This document shows, in pieces, positions 1 through 13,830 of a DNA stretch of 64,000 bases. The position numbers were made by a program, and so were the translations under genes. The notes under the pieces are model-generated. The model saw nothing but the letters and a program-made list of their open reading frames with translations. It ran no database searches and had not been told where the DNA came from. How positions within the stretch are numbered: the first letter of the stretch is position 1; every line of letters starts with the position of its first letter. Origin of the DNA: Sphagnum compactum (Eukaryota); contig OZ234493.1 in the NCBI GenBank assembly GCA_965153455.1, positions 16,978,213-17,042,212 of the forward strand, given 5' to 3'.

Positions 1-2637
1 AATTCCAATAAAAGGAATTTGTAGCGAAATAATTCATATGCAAAAAATTGATTGATCATAATTTTGTAGCATGTCTTACTATTGAAATTTCTCTTCCCAT
101 TCCCTTGTCATGCAACTTGAATGTATATAAAATTGATTTGGTCCAAACATAAATGGGCAAATGATAAATTACAAAGAAAAAATTGTTGAATCATTTAGAA
201 CATGCACTAATGTAGTTTAATTCGTTTGTTGATATTCCATTTCAATGTGATTTGAATGACAAACTTAATCATTGCCAAACAACATTGCTACACAACTCCT
301 TCATGTGCATAATTACATGCATATGCACAAACCTTGTCCAACATTATTGTTGTTTTATTCCATTAGTTGAATGGAATTATTTCCTTGGCAAACATTATTG
401 TAATACTTTACTTATGCAAAATTCATGACTTTTAATTGTTGTAAAACTACTTGGAGTAGCTAGAGGATGCAAGTACCATTTTTGTTTAAATTAAACTCTC
501 TAATATAATCTTGTTTGAAATGTAAGAATATGGTGTTCGTGTTTTAATTACTCACCACTTGAATTTTGAAACAAACTCCATTCATCACAACCTTCATACC
601 CTTGAATAAGAACACAAACTTAGTTTTGATGTTGCAAAACATATTAAATTCAAGATGATAAATGTTTGTGTGTGAAACACATACCTACAAGTTTTGAGAA
701 ATTGCAAAAGAGGTGATGTTTGAATGATGTTGATAGATTTTGTTGTCCTTTTGTGTTGGTTGCTAGCTCAATGAAGTGCATGTGAGCATTGTGGCAATTT
801 AGAAAACACCAAGTTAACCCACCTTAATAACAAATCATGGTAAATGAGCCTTTGTGCAAATTTGAATCATTATACAATTGTTATTCTAGGTCAAATATTC
901 ATGACACTACTAATGCTTTCAAGGACATGGAACCAAAGTTTTGGTGTTTGAGACATACTAGGTTTGACATAAAAGATGTGATGGTATGTGAGAAGCATTC
1001 GCATGTGGCAATTGGATGATGAACACTCTTCTTGTTGTTGCATTGAGCCACAAAGCCCTATAAATGTATGGGAGGAGATTGACGACAATAGTGCAACAAG
1101 GCAACCAACCTTGATAAAAATTGGTAGCAAACTCCTGAATGAAAATATGAGCCAAGGGAGAATTAGTCCATTGGATTTCTTGCATTTATGCCAGACTAGC
1201 GAACAACTTGGAAGGTGGTTGTGATTAGAGGTTGAGAGAACGGATCCACATGCTCCTTCTAGGATGGTCATAACGTGTGCCATAATTTAGGCTGGTTAAA
1301 GTTTTCCGTGCGACCCGTTCAGAACTTTACTGGGGAATATATGCTGTGCTGTCTTTTCTCTTGTTGTCTTGTGCTTTCACATTGCTCAAGATTGGAAGTC
1401 TTTAATAAAATGATGCAATCCGTGTGTAAGTACTAGACCTGCAACTTCCTGTGATCACTATTTTTTTGGCTATAAGATTATGGATGCAAGTGGTCATCGA
1501 TGGATTGCGCCACCCATGTGTCAGCAAAGAAAAGTGAGGCCCGTTAGCAGTCCTTAGTCAGAACTTTCCTCTTACCATATGGTTCATGTCAACTCTTTGC
1601 TTTGTGTAGCTTTTTCTCCCCTCCTTACCTGCTGGGAAACATTGTCATAATTTCATTTCCCATAAAGTCATGGCACGTGCCCCATTTGGTGCTAGGCCCC
1701 AAACTTGAGCATGTGTAGGTTTTAGACTTGAAAATTTTCCTGCGACCGGTGCTTTTCAGGCGTTACAGAATTGATGTATTTGGTCATTGTTTGATGATGC
1801 ACGGGCTGTGTCAGGAGATATAATTGGGGTTGTTAGAGCTGGAACTAGTGAATTTTTTGTGGCTGAAATTCGCCATTTTGCTATTAAAAAGAGTCCCAAG
1901 CAACATGGTCAAGGGAACTTAAATCCTCGTATTTAGTTAATATGTTCTAGTGGTTTGCCAACATGTAATAAGATTCCTGGAATTTCTACTTCTTTATTTG
2001 TCTTGTAGGCAGATCTGACTAAATCCCCTTGTGGGTGATCGCCACTTTTGATGCAACATGAGAAGATTGAAAAAAACAACACTGGCTGGAATCTCTGAAT
2101 TGTGTGTCAGCAAAGAGAACTTATTGGCCATTTTTGGTCTTCTCCAAGTAAAGTGGCCCATTTGAGAACTTCCATTGGCATACATACAATATTAAGGCAA
2201 CAGAAATTATTTGCCGACGTGTCGACTGTTCAGTCTTCATCACATGCTCGCTGGTGATGCCTGTAGTGGAGTTGGACATACATTAGAGAAATCCGTAAAT
2301 TCAACGGGAGATTCACAGGGTGTCTCACACCCTATTAATTTTTTCGCCCTGAGTTCCAGTGGTCCATAAAGTCACCCTGACTGTGGGCGGGGCCCAGGTT
2401 TTGGAAAAACCGACTGTGGGCGGTTTTGGAAAAAGGTGGGGTTGCCCACATGGGTGCGCCTTTAACTGGCTTCAAAAGGTCAAGATTCCAAGACTGGCTT
2501 AAATAAGTGGACAGTCCAAGAAGTTGACAATATCAACTTTTGGATTGGGAAGGTGAGGGGAGTGGAGGGGAGGGTGTTCGGGGGAGGCATTTCAGGGATT
2601 TTGACGGTGGGTGAGGGGATTTGGGTGGCGTTTTTTG

Positions 2638-5600
2638 CAGTGTTGGGTGGTTCTCACGCGTCGGCTGAAAACCGGAGCCGGTTCGATCCGGTTCTCGTTG
2701 AGAACAGGCGGTGAGAACTGCCATGAGAACCTGCTTGGCAGTTCTCATTGGAGATGAGAACCGCCCATGTGCATTAAATCTGAGAACCGGACCGGTTTTC
2801 AATTTTGAAAATGGTCCAGTTTTCATGGTAATTTTTTAAAAAGTAAAAAGTAAATAATGCTATTAAATAGTGAGTAAGAAATAAAAGTAATAGTAAAATA
2901 ATAGTAAAATAATAAATAAAAGTAAGAGTAATAGTCAAATAGTAAGTAATAGTAAGTAAAAAGTAAGAGTAAATTTTTTAAAAATTAAACTTACTGTTTA
3001 TGAAAGTAAAAAGTAAAAAATTAAAATTAAAAAAACTAAACTTATTGTTTATGAAGGTGGTTGTCAAATTAGGGTTAGGGCCCTAACCTTAACCCTAATG
3101 TGACGGTTGCCATGCTTTGGGGTTACAGTTTAAGTTTAATTATAAAATGAGTCCAAACTCCCTATTGAATCCTCTTTGCTCCTACTCACTATCACACATC
3201 CAAATCTTTGCTCTTTTTACTCTTAAGCACTCTTGTTCCATTTAGATTTTTAAAAACTTCTTAATTGGTTTTTTTTGTGTTATTCTTGGTTCTAATCTTG
3301 GTTTCTTGTTATGTTTTGCAGGGTTTGTAATTTGTAATTTCTAAGTTGTGTTTTTTTTTTCCCTTGGTTTGGGCTTGCTCCCTATCCCCCTCTTTGCTTT
3401 TGCACGTAGTCTTTGGAGCTACAAGTAGCAAGCAAAAGCCAACAAGAAAACTAAGTTATTTTTATTTTTAATTTCATTTTTTATTTGATCATTTTAAAGT
3501 TTTTTTATTTTTAGCTTCTCAAAATTTTGTACAATGCAATAGGGATAAACTGGCTGATCACCAAACACATGTCGGTAACCAAACATTTGTTTATATCTTC
3601 TTCATTTTTGCTTCATTTTGAGTGATTTAAAATGTTATGGGAATGCTACCTCAAGCTTTGGAAATCATCTAAATCGTCTTTAAAGTGTAAATGAAAAGGA
3701 ATAATGAAAAAATAACAAGAAATAAAAAGCTTTTCAACTTATAAAACACATTTTTCTTTTATTTTGACCCCAATTACTTTCAAAGTTCATAACTTTCTCA
3801 TTTTTTGTTCATTTTAAATGATTTAAAGTGCTACAAGAGCATCACCTTAAGTTCTACTAATCTTCTTTGAAATTTAGTAACAACAAATCAATATACAAAG
3901 AATTTTTTGGGTGTTCAAGAACCGGCTTTGTAATGTTTTATGCTCTACTTTTTTTGAGTTCTTGACCCTCCTACTTTGGGGGGTAGTAACTTTCTCATTT
4001 CTATTATGTTTTCGATAATTTTTAATACTTCAAATGTGCCAAGAGGAGGGGCTCAAGTTTGTTGGCACACTAGAAACAAATGAGCCCTTCCTTGAATGTT
4101 GTCTGAATCCAAAAAACATTAAGCGCTTGAATGTACTATCACAAGCCTTTTTTACCTGTACAATTTATTTTTGTTTTTATTTTGCAAGAAAGGGAAAGAA
4201 GACAAGAAATTGTCTCTAAAACTTTTAAGTTCTATATCTTTATTTTTTTCTTTTATAAATAGAATTAATCCATTAAATTATCTTCCTTTTTTTGTTTAAT
4301 CTTATTCTTTTTAAACATTCATTTGCATTTGATTTGAAATCTTGTAGATAGTTTGTTTTATTAATTTGTTTAAACTTATTTTTAACATTCCATTTATTTT
4401 ATTTGCAGGTTAGCCTTGATTGTTGGAAGGTGATTGGTATTTGTTTGAGGGGGCAATAGTAGTTTCCATTTAGTTTTTATTCTTTGCATTAAGCCTAAAA
4501 GTGAGTTATTGTTGTTATCTTTGTAAATGTTATCTCCCCTTGACCTTTGATTTCTTTTTTTACCTTTGCCCTTTCGATCATTGATTTTATAATCCGCAAA
4601 TAGAAAACAAATCTAAAAAAATTACAAAAACCTTTTGATTTAAAGGAAATAACTTGTAGTATTTTAATTTTTCCTTGTTGGAAGTTGAAAATTTGCATTG
4701 CTTGTTGCTATTTTTGACATTACTTATAATGGAACAATCAAATGCAAATGAAAATACTAGAAAGGAAATTGAAATTGAAGCTTTTCAAAATGAAGAATTG
4801 ATGGAAGATATACGTAACGAAAACTTCAATTGAGAATTTGAACGTGGAAACTTGAGCAAGCAAGGCTTCTAAAAGTAATGATGAAATATTCATTTTAAAC
4901 TTAGAAAATTGCATGCTCAAAGATTGTTCTGGAAACCTAAAGGGAGAAATGTCATTTGTTGGGCTTTCTATGGGGTTAATGATAATAAACCAATGGATGG
5001 AAAATTTCCTTAAAAGTCATGAAATGTCATTTGTGTTACAAAACACCTATGTTATATAATCCAAGAAAAAATTTAAGGAAGGGACTAATTTCATATTATA
5101 AGACCAATGGGATATCAACTTTAAAAAAAACATGTGGATGCAGAACATGGTCTATTTGCAAAAAAACCTAATGAAGAAATGAATAGTTTAGTGAGAACTC
5201 AAGTTGAAAGACAATTAGTTAAAAAGAGGCAAAATGTTTCTTCATCTAAGATTTCTAAATTTGCTTTTGCAAAACTTCCTTACAAGAAAGATGGAGTGCA
5301 ATATAAACAATTTTTTGAAGATCTAGCCTTGCTGATTGTTAAGAGTCATTTGCTTATACATTTTTTGAAGAGTCCATGGTTGAAGCGATTTGCTTTGCAA
5401 TTGAATCCTCGCATTGTATTTCCCTCTAGAAAAACATTTTCATGACGTGGTTTAAAAAACAAAAAATGTTTATGTTTTACTAATATTTTTTTGATGTATG
5501 TCAACTACAACATGTTTTAAACTTATGGATGTCAAAAGGTGTTTATGACATTTTTGCCTTGGTCATTAACTTTCTAGATGAAAATTGGCAACCCAAGAAG

Positions 5601-7519
5601 GTGACAATTAGTCTTTTTGAAGCAACAAAAACAACAAGTAAAGCCTTAGTTAGAAATTTGAGAAAGCTCTTGGATTTTTATGTATTAAGCAAGAAGATCA
5701 TTACTTATGTTAAAGATGAAGGGGTAGACTTAAACTCTATGATGACAACTTTCAAATTAATTATTAATTGCGAGTTTTTGGGGCTAGAAGAGAGTTTCAA
5801 TGGCACTTGTTTTGGTCATGCATTTGCCAAAACCTATCAATATGCTATTGCTAAAAAGAGGGTATGAAAAAATCTTAAGTATGTTTCAATCAAGTCTGTG
5901 TAATCAGATATCCAAAAGTGTTTAACATGGCCAAAGAAATCTAGAAATGGAAGACAAAAATGGACGAAAGCTTATATTGAGTCTGGAATTCAACCAAGGA
6001 AATCAATACACATGTTAAGACAAGGTAAATGTTTCTTTGTTCATTTTTTTATGTTGCGTATTTTGTATTTTTGAGTAAATATTTTTTTCTAATTTTTTTA
6101 CTAATTGTTTGAATTTTTTTGTAGGTTTGTAAGCAAGGTAATATTATTCTAGGAAGTGTTTTTTTTTTGTAGAGTTATTATCATGTGTTACAATAAGCAA
6201 ACTAATGAACTCAAATGTTTGGCCATGTTCCTCCTCCTATTACATGGTTCATTCATTAAACAATAGTTGATTGTTTGAACCCTATTGTTTCTACTTGCAT
6301 CTTGAACCAATTTGCGAAACATTGGTTATTATTGGATGCCCTAAATTCTGCCATCACTATGAGTTCTAAAGCCAAGGATGAAATGCATTTGAGACCTTCT
6401 TTTGAGTCCCTCATGGATGATGACATTAAACTTTCTTCAGAGTTGGCAACTATTACCTCTAACATTAAATTAGAATTGTTTAGGGTTTTAGATTTTTTCT
6501 GTTCATTAATCTTGAGGACATATGAAAAGAAGAAAACACACAACATGTTGTTTTTGATACTTGACCCTAGGTTCAAGATTCTTCATTTTGTTTCCTCATA
6601 TGTTGGTAAAAAACAATGAGTGTCTACTGTGGAGTAATATGATAGGAGAACATTGTATCCCATGTTGGTCAAATCATACACTCACTTACATCCTATTGGA
6701 AATGTTGATTCTGCTTTTACAAATTAGGATGTTAATTAGGACTATGGACTTGATATTTTCCAAATGACTAGTAATAACATTGAAATTGTAAAGGAAATTA
6801 GATTTCAAGAGGTTTCATGTGGATGTGAAAGATATGAAAAACCCTCTCCAATGGTGGGAGAAACATTAGTCTAAATTCCCTACACTTAACTTTCTTACAA
6901 AACAAATATTAGGAATTGTAGGTTCCCAAATTGAAACTAAATGAATTTTTTCTTTTGCTGCAATTTTGACAAGCCTTAAGAGATGTCAGTGGCAATTTGA
7001 AAATTTAGATAAATTAATTTTTGTTAGTCAAAATTGGCCCAATGATCCTAAAGTAGGATGTAATATGCCATTAACCTTGGTGGAGTTCATAAAGAAGGAT
7101 GAAATTATAGAGGAGGAGTTGGAGGAATTTGAAAGGGAATTTGAAGGTAAAAATTGTAAATATGAGCTTTTTATATTGAAACAATTTATTTTCCATCGTT
7201 TATTAATTTATTTAATTCATCATTTATTATGATTATAAGAAAAAAACACAAAAAAATGAAATATAATTTTTTTAAAAAAAACCTTGATTTATGATATTTG
7301 ATTTGTGAGAATTGCTTTTGAAAACTGGAAGTTTGAAATTTTGTGAAACCCACCAACACTGAAAACCACTTAACCAAATTGTTTTAAAATTCTAAAAATT
7401 GGGATGGTCTCAAATGGGAAATTTCGAAAAAAAGAAAAAGAACCAAGGTGGTTTTTGGAACCTACCCCAAAAACCGAAACCAACAGTTCTCACAAAAAAG
7501 TCAGAACCGCCCAACATTA
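2638..7519 (+). mobile_element. hAT-superfamily DNA transposon (decayed, formerly autonomous)
   Basis: Left TIR CAGTGTTGGGTGGTTCTCAC (2638-2657) matches the reverse complement of 7500-7519 (TAATGTTGGGCGGTTCTGAC) at 16/20. 8-bp flanks GTTTTTTG (2630-2637) and GTTTTTTC (7520-7527) match at 7/8. GAGAACC/GGTTCTC subterminal repeats and an internal transposase relic are present. Confidence 0.85.
4940..7150 (+). pseudogene. hAT transposase pseudogene (BED zinc finger, DDE core, C-terminal dimerisation domain)
   Basis: Fragments read CWAFYG..KCHLCYK..KKHVDAEH (BED-like), LWMSKG-YDIFALVINFLDENWQPKKVTI, CFGHAF, VKTR|F across a GT-AG intron at 6025-6124, LDPRFK, and WWEKH..KFPTL..ILGIVGSQIET..IFS..LKRCQ..ENLDKLIFV. 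Many stops and frameshifts. Confidence 0.85.
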
Positions 7520-8599
7520 GTTTTTTCTTTCTTAAAGGATGGGTGGGCTAAAGGTTTAAGAGGGTCATGATTTTTTTAAATTCATTTATTGGGGGGGGAA
7601 TGGGTTGTTCTAGGGTTCTTAATAAGTACTGGAGGTTGGGAAGGGTTTTTTTTCTTTTAGAGTTAGTAAGTTCGATCCTTTAAATATTTATTTTTGGTTG
7701 TTGGAGGTGTAGGGGATACTTGGATTTATCCCAAGTTTTGTATTTTTAAAAATTGGGTGTGGGTTCATGTTCTAGGGTTTAGGGTCTATATTGGGGGAGG
7801 TTTTCATTTAATGCCCTTGATGTTATATAAATGGGAAGGGTTCCATTTTAACATTTTTTATTCCAATTTCATTTCACTTGAAAGTTTTAAGTTTTCCATT
7901 TCATTTGGGAGTGTCATGTTATTTGATTTTTTTTTTAGGGTTATTGGGAGTCCCATTTCATTTTTCTTTTTGAGGGTTTATTCCACTTGTCATCTATGGA
8001 ATTTATTTTAACACATCTTGACTCAAGCTCTTTCAATAACGATGAAGAGTTTCTTGAAGAATTTGCAACGGATAATTAGATTGTGCTACAAGTGGCAATT
8101 GCTTGTGGCGACACTTGAAATTATTTCATATCACCATAATGAGATGAAGAAAGTGGACAATCGGTCAAGGGCGAACCCATCCTTGGGTCGTACCACTATG
8201 AACCACCTCAAGGAATGGTTGAGGAACCAAAAACAACTAAATCATTTTTTTGGGCCCTTTTCATTAAATATTTTCATAATTATGAATTATTATTTTTTCA
8301 TGTTTATTGATTGCATGTTTTAATATATGGCTTGAAGTTTATTTGGAGATTTTTAAAATTTATATTCCTAATTAAAATGGCCCCTTCAAAAATCAATAAA
8401 TTCAACTTTGGAAATTATGTTCCTGAACTTTTTCTAAATGCAATGATTGGGAACATCAAAATACACATTATTCTTGATATTATTGAGATTTCAAAATCTA
8501 TGGAACCTAATAAATGTATTTAAAAAAAGTTATGAAAATGTTCATTTAAGTGTTTCCTATGAATTTTCAAAGTTCAATGGGTCTAGGAAAATCAAGGTG

Positions 8600-11490
8600 T
8601 AATGTTCTTAGTGGTACCACCCAAGGATAGGACTGCCCAACCTTGATGTAAATGTGTAGGACATCTTAGCGACCATGTGGGGTACACCAAGTTTGTTTAA
8701 ATTTTTCACCAACTTCACTCCTAGAGAATTTGAAAAATTGGCACAACTTGTGGTCCCAACCATTACTAGTCATGCAAGGTCCACATGGGAATCACACCGC
8801 ACTTCTAGGTAACCATCCAAGTTGGCCTCAGAACAATGTTTGTTTAGTTTCATCTTGTTCATGAAACATGTGATTAAATATGATGCCTTCATGTGGAATC
8901 GGAGCAAGACTGCAATAAATGATGATGGCATATTTATTACATCTTGCATCAATTATGTCATTGTCGACAATATTCAATGGCCCACTATTGAGCAACAACA
9001 AGTTTTAGTGACACAACTTCCACAATTTTAGGGCTACATTGGATTTATTGATGGGACCTTTCATCAAAATTTATAAGCCTTGAACAATATGTCCCATCAT
9101 AAGCAATTTAATGGGCGAAAAAAATAGTATTACATGAACAACATGGTTATGGTGGACCACCATGGTTGTTCATATATCTAAACCTCGAGTACCCAAGGTC
9201 ATACCATAACATTAGTATCTTTTGCCAATCGAACATCCACAATTCATTGGGTTAATTTTGTCCACATAGATGAATATTTTCAGTATTTATTGGGTGACCC
9301 TAGTTACTTGGGCAAAGAAATGTTTATGATGTGCTACATTGGGAGGCTTCAGTTGGCACTTAGAATTCATATGGATGTTTTTGAGGTGTATGACAAGATG
9401 CATCAAGGGTGACATCTCATTCTAATTCAAGGTTAGGTTTTAATTTTAAGGTTTAAAGTTTAGGTTTAATGTTTAGGCATAGGTTTAAAGCTCATTTTTA
9501 AGGTTTTACATATAGGTTTTACAAATTAGGTTTAGGTTTTTTGGTTTTTTTAAATAATTTTTTTTGGGTTTGGGTTTGATGTTTAAACATTATAAGAAAA
9601 CGTGACTTTTCAAAAAGTCCAACTTGACTTAAATGTTCACATTGACCAAGGGGGATGGTCGTTTTGACTAAAGGCTTGAGGCATGAAAGACACAAGTTAC
9701 TTTTGACTAAAACATTTGGCTAAAATGAATTTTTTGACCATGTGACAAACCAAAAATTTGGTCAAAAAGGCTAAAGGTCCATCAAGATGACCAAAGCTTA
9801 GTCAAAAGAACCATACTTAATGGTCATTGTGATTTACAATTAGTCAAATTGGTCATTCGAATTTGACATTTAATCAAATCAACCATACTAATTTGGTTAT
9901 TTAACCTACAAGATTATTTTGCTTAAGGTACATACCAAACGTAAATTCATAGTTAGTAGGCCCTACGTTAGCCATATTACACCTATTAAGAACTTATAAA
10001 CTTTAATAGGTTGCCTACATGCTACCTTTAATACTTAAAATTGATAATAATTGATAATAATTAATAGTAGTCAATATATAATTATTAATAATTATTGATA
10101 AGTGATTAATTTAATTTAATTTTTTAATTAATAATAATTCATTATATATAATTCATAATAAACATTAAATAATATTAAATAATCTATAAATAATAATAAA
10201 TAGTAGATAGAAATGATCAATAATCTCTATTTATATCAAATAATTATTAAGTAATAGTAGATAATCATTAAATTTTTTTCATATTTAGTAATTGATAGGA
10301 AATAATTAAATATTAATCATTGATATGATTTATTTATAATTTATAAAAATTAGTCATTCATTACTATTTATTTATATTAATTAATTATTAATTGAGTTAA
10401 TTAGGCGTAGATACTTCCATGTTATCTAGATAGATACTTGGTACATGGTATAACCTCCTACTTAAATAAGTAATACAAAAATATTGAAATTCATTGATGA
10501 ATGTTATAATATGTACATCAAAACAAAAAATTCAATAAAATCTATTACAATATGATGACAAAAGTTTTCAACTTTTGAAATGGTAGTCCAATGGTAAGGA
10601 CTTGACTTCTCAAAGTGGAGGTGAGTTATTCAAGACCTCACACATACAACATTGGTTACCTAGGATACCTTGGTTTTACATGGTTTAGATATAGATAGCT
10701 AGACTAGGCCACCTAGACAAGTAGGTCTAAAGTTGGCCACCTAGCTTAGCCTACTTAGTTTAGGGGGCCCAAGCTTAAATAAGGTAGGTAAGTAAATTAT
10801 TTTATTTTATTTTGACATTAATTATTAGGTAATGTAGGTAGCTAAATTTATTAATTAACATATAAATAAATATTATTATATATATTATATATTATATATT
10901 ATATTAAAATTAAAACATATATAGTTGCTTTCAAAATATTCTTGACTAGTAAAAAAGACAATAAAAAAACTAACCAAAAAGACCATGTCAAAATGGCCAA
11001 GTCCAAAACGACTTGTCCAAGATGGCACCTTGGTCAAGTCGAATGGGGGCCATTTGGGGTACCTTTTGACCAATTTTCCCAGTAAAAAAACCCTTGTTTT
11101 CTTGTAGTGAAGGTTAAGGTATATGTCTAAAGTTTTAAGTTTAGTGTTTTGGTTATATATAAACCCAAATGTTTAGGATTTTAAGTTTAGGTTTAGGGTT
11201 GTGCATAAAATTTTAAGGTTTTGGTTTTTTTGGAAGGTGGTTGGACTAACTTGCAATAAAATCATGCATGTTTTCAAATTAAAATGGAATGGGGATTGGA
11301 GGATTGAAATCCAAGTGGAAAAGGCTAATGAAATGTTTTGACTCAATAAAAGAAAAGTATAATCATTTGTTTAGGATTGTTACATTACTAATTAACTTTT
11401 TACACATGCATCGCCAAGATTTCACAATTTAAATTTTTGGTGAACACCATAATGATCTAACAAAACATGGTTAGGATGGTGACTATTGAC
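8600..11490 (+). pseudogene. PIF/Harbinger (DDE_Tnp_4) nuclease pseudogene with an intron ~9410-11270
   Basis: GYIGFIDGT (~9031-9058), YLLGDPSY (~9283-9308) and YDKMH (~9390-9403). The frame resumes after the intron as FQIKMEWGIGGLKSKWKRLMKCFDS (~11271-11345), supplying the third catalytic residue motif. Confidence 0.75.
9588..11109. mobile_element. Non-autonomous CACTA (EnSpm) element nested in the Harbinger intron
   Basis: Right end ...GTTTTCTTGTAGTG (reverse complement CACTACAAGAAAAC). Left end CATTATAAGAAAAC is the same TIR with two C>T changes. 3-bp flanks AAA/AAG. TGACC/GGTCA subterminal repeats at both ends and an AT-rich non-coding core. Confidence 0.7.
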
Positions 11491-11759
11491 TAAAGGTGTG
11501 ACAAATCTTTGACCCTAGCCTTGAATTTTGCATTCGTAATGATTTCAAACTCTTTAATAGCCTTGAAATTGGCTATTTTGAATGCATATTTTTCTAAGTT
11601 AACATCTACTTTTGCCCTTAACAAAGCTTCTCATCCCTCTTCACTAGCTTTTAATACAGTGGCAAGGCTCTTTGATTATGGTTACAACATCTCCGACTTG
11701 GTCATTAGCCTTTCAATTGATGTACTTGTAGATGTGGTAGGAGGTATAGATGATGACCA

Positions 11760-12710
11760 TGACGCACTCCCAAGTTCCTAGTGGACCCACTTGAGGGTCC
11801 AAGTATGTGGCAATGCGGAAGGAGTTGGAACTTGGAGCACGCTCCCAACTTCCAGCACTAGAGGGGGGGTGAGAGGGGTGTGCTAGAAGTCCCGGGATAG
11901 ACTAGGAAGAGTTGACAAGCTTTACTCACTCACACGGGCCTGCATGAAACCACACAAAGTGGTTAGAACTCATTCTGGGTCCTTTTGGTGTTAGGACAGC
12001 CACGGCTGAACTCGGACTCACTTTGACACACCACACCCCGGGCTCGGGAGTAAGCCACCACCTTACTCCCTATAGTATACTCTGTGACTCGTCGCGGGGG
12101 TGGCATCCAAATGGCCATTTTGTCCCGGGACTCCCGAGACTCCCGCGTGGGAGTCCCGAAATCGCGCATTTTCGAGACTCCCGCGACTTTGAAGCTTCAT
12201 AACTTTCGGAGCAGACCTCCGATCGACTCGCTGTCTGAAGCAAAGTTGTAGGTCTCGTCGAGACCTTTCCAACGGTATGTCGCAAGTTTTCTGCAGCCAA
12301 GTATTTTAGGTCGATTCTCGACTTTTAGTGGTCGAGAGTCAAAACTGGCGGACTCCCGGGAGTTCGACTCCCGGGCCTTCTTTTGGCCATAACTTGTGTT
12401 TCAGATGTCCAAATGAGCAATGCGAGCCCATTTTAGACATCTACACTTCAAAAGCTTTCCATTGATATAAAGAACGCAACAAGCCATTGAGTTTTGACCC
12501 CTCAAAACGCTCTCTGAAGTTTTGGGAGTCCTTTTGGGACTCCACTCTCACCAACTCCCAACATGGGAGTTCACTTGGGAGTGTGAGGGTTCACTCCCTC
12601 ACACTCTTTGCACTCCCGGGAGCATGTGATATGACTCCCAAGTCTACTTATAGGCCCGCACACTTGCGACCCCCTTGCCTTGGTCGCGAGCCAAGACTAG
12701 GGTTGCGACA
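11760..12710 (-). mobile_element. Solo LTR, Gypsy family related to the 27313 element
   Basis: TGACGC...GGGTTGCGACA is the reverse complement of the TGTCGCAACCC...GCGTCA LTR of the Gypsy element. No internal domains are adjacent. 5-bp flanks (GACCA/TCTCA) do not form a good TSD. Confidence 0.85.
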
Positions 12711-13289
12711 TCTCATCTGATGTATGGTTAGGAGTAAGGTTAGGAGGGGAGTGATAAGATGGACCAATTGTACCTTCCATAAAATTCTACTACCTTTTCA
12801 ATACATTCCATGTTGCATGTCCATCAGTTGATTTGAGTTGTGCCAAAACCTAATCATTTTGCAAACAACCATTTATGCACCTTTTTCATTAGTTGTCCAT
12901 GTCTTTAACTCTTTCAATGTATCTCATAGTCTTTTTTTTAGCTCACTTCTTGGAAAGAAAAATTAGGGAATTACAACTTGTAATTTGCATAGACGACTTT
13001 GCAAACTTGGCTAGGCACAAGTTGTGTCACATTTTTTTTGTCTCAATTATAAAACATGGAGTGACCGTTGTAGGAGCTAGATAGGTACCTGAAATGAAAA
13101 TAATCCACAATGCACCTAGGGGCTTTGTGTTTCTGAGGTGCATTTGTGGGCCTTTTACTAGTTAGTATTTCATAATCATTATGTTGGGTCATGAGTGGGT
13201 CAAGGTCTTATCCCTCCACACCTAGTTGACCTTGAAAATGTGCTTGAATCAATGGAAATGTTAGCATAATTCATAGTTTTATACAGAGG

Positions 13290-13830
13290 AGAAAGATTTA
13301 AGGTTTGACAAAAATTGAAAGAAACCAAGTTTAGGGTTAAGGTTTTGAAACCAAATTTTATAGTTGCCAACAAACATAGAAATGTGTTACATGAGTAAAA
13401 AAACACAAACAAAAAAACATATAATCGAGAATATACATAAAATAAAACGAAGGAGAAGGTTTTAGGGTTTGGCAGCTTCAAGATTTTGCAAAAATTGAAA
13501 GAGACCAGGTTTAAGGTTAATCAATTGAAACTAAAATCTATCATTGCCAACATGCATAGGTAGGATGTGTTATCGAATTAAAAGGACAAAGACAAAAAGT
13601 CATATAACCAAAATTATACATAAAAGAAAACAAAGGATAGGGGTTTAGGGTTTGATGACTTTAAGGTTTGATAACAACTGAAAGAAGTGAGGTTTAGGGT
13701 TTACATTTTGAGACCACATTTGTAGCTTTAGGGTTCGACAAAAAATGAAAGAAATAAGGTTTAGGTAATGATTTTGAAAGTAAATTTGTAGTTGCCAATA
13801 GGCATAGAAAGGATGTGTGACAAAATTACA
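13290..13830. repeat. Degenerate ~180-bp tandem repeat containing telomere-like TTTAGGG/TTAAGG motifs
   Basis: The block 'caaaaattgaaagaaaccaagtttagggttaa...tagttgccaa.a.gcatag' recurs at ~13310, ~13490, ~13675 (partial) and ~13740. Confidence 0.6.

Noticed and set aside
837-1283. Overlapping short ORFs near the window start
   Set aside because: No recognisable motifs or consistent splice structure.
1845-2105. Possible MITE (similar short repeat-like tract at ~60360-60800)
   Set aside because: TIRs and TSD could not be defined with confidence.
11963-12720. Short ORFs within LTRs (also 22587-23036, 27203-28086, 33758-34087, 49273-50282)
   Set aside because: They lie inside LTR copies, are not kept open between copies and show no domain motifs.
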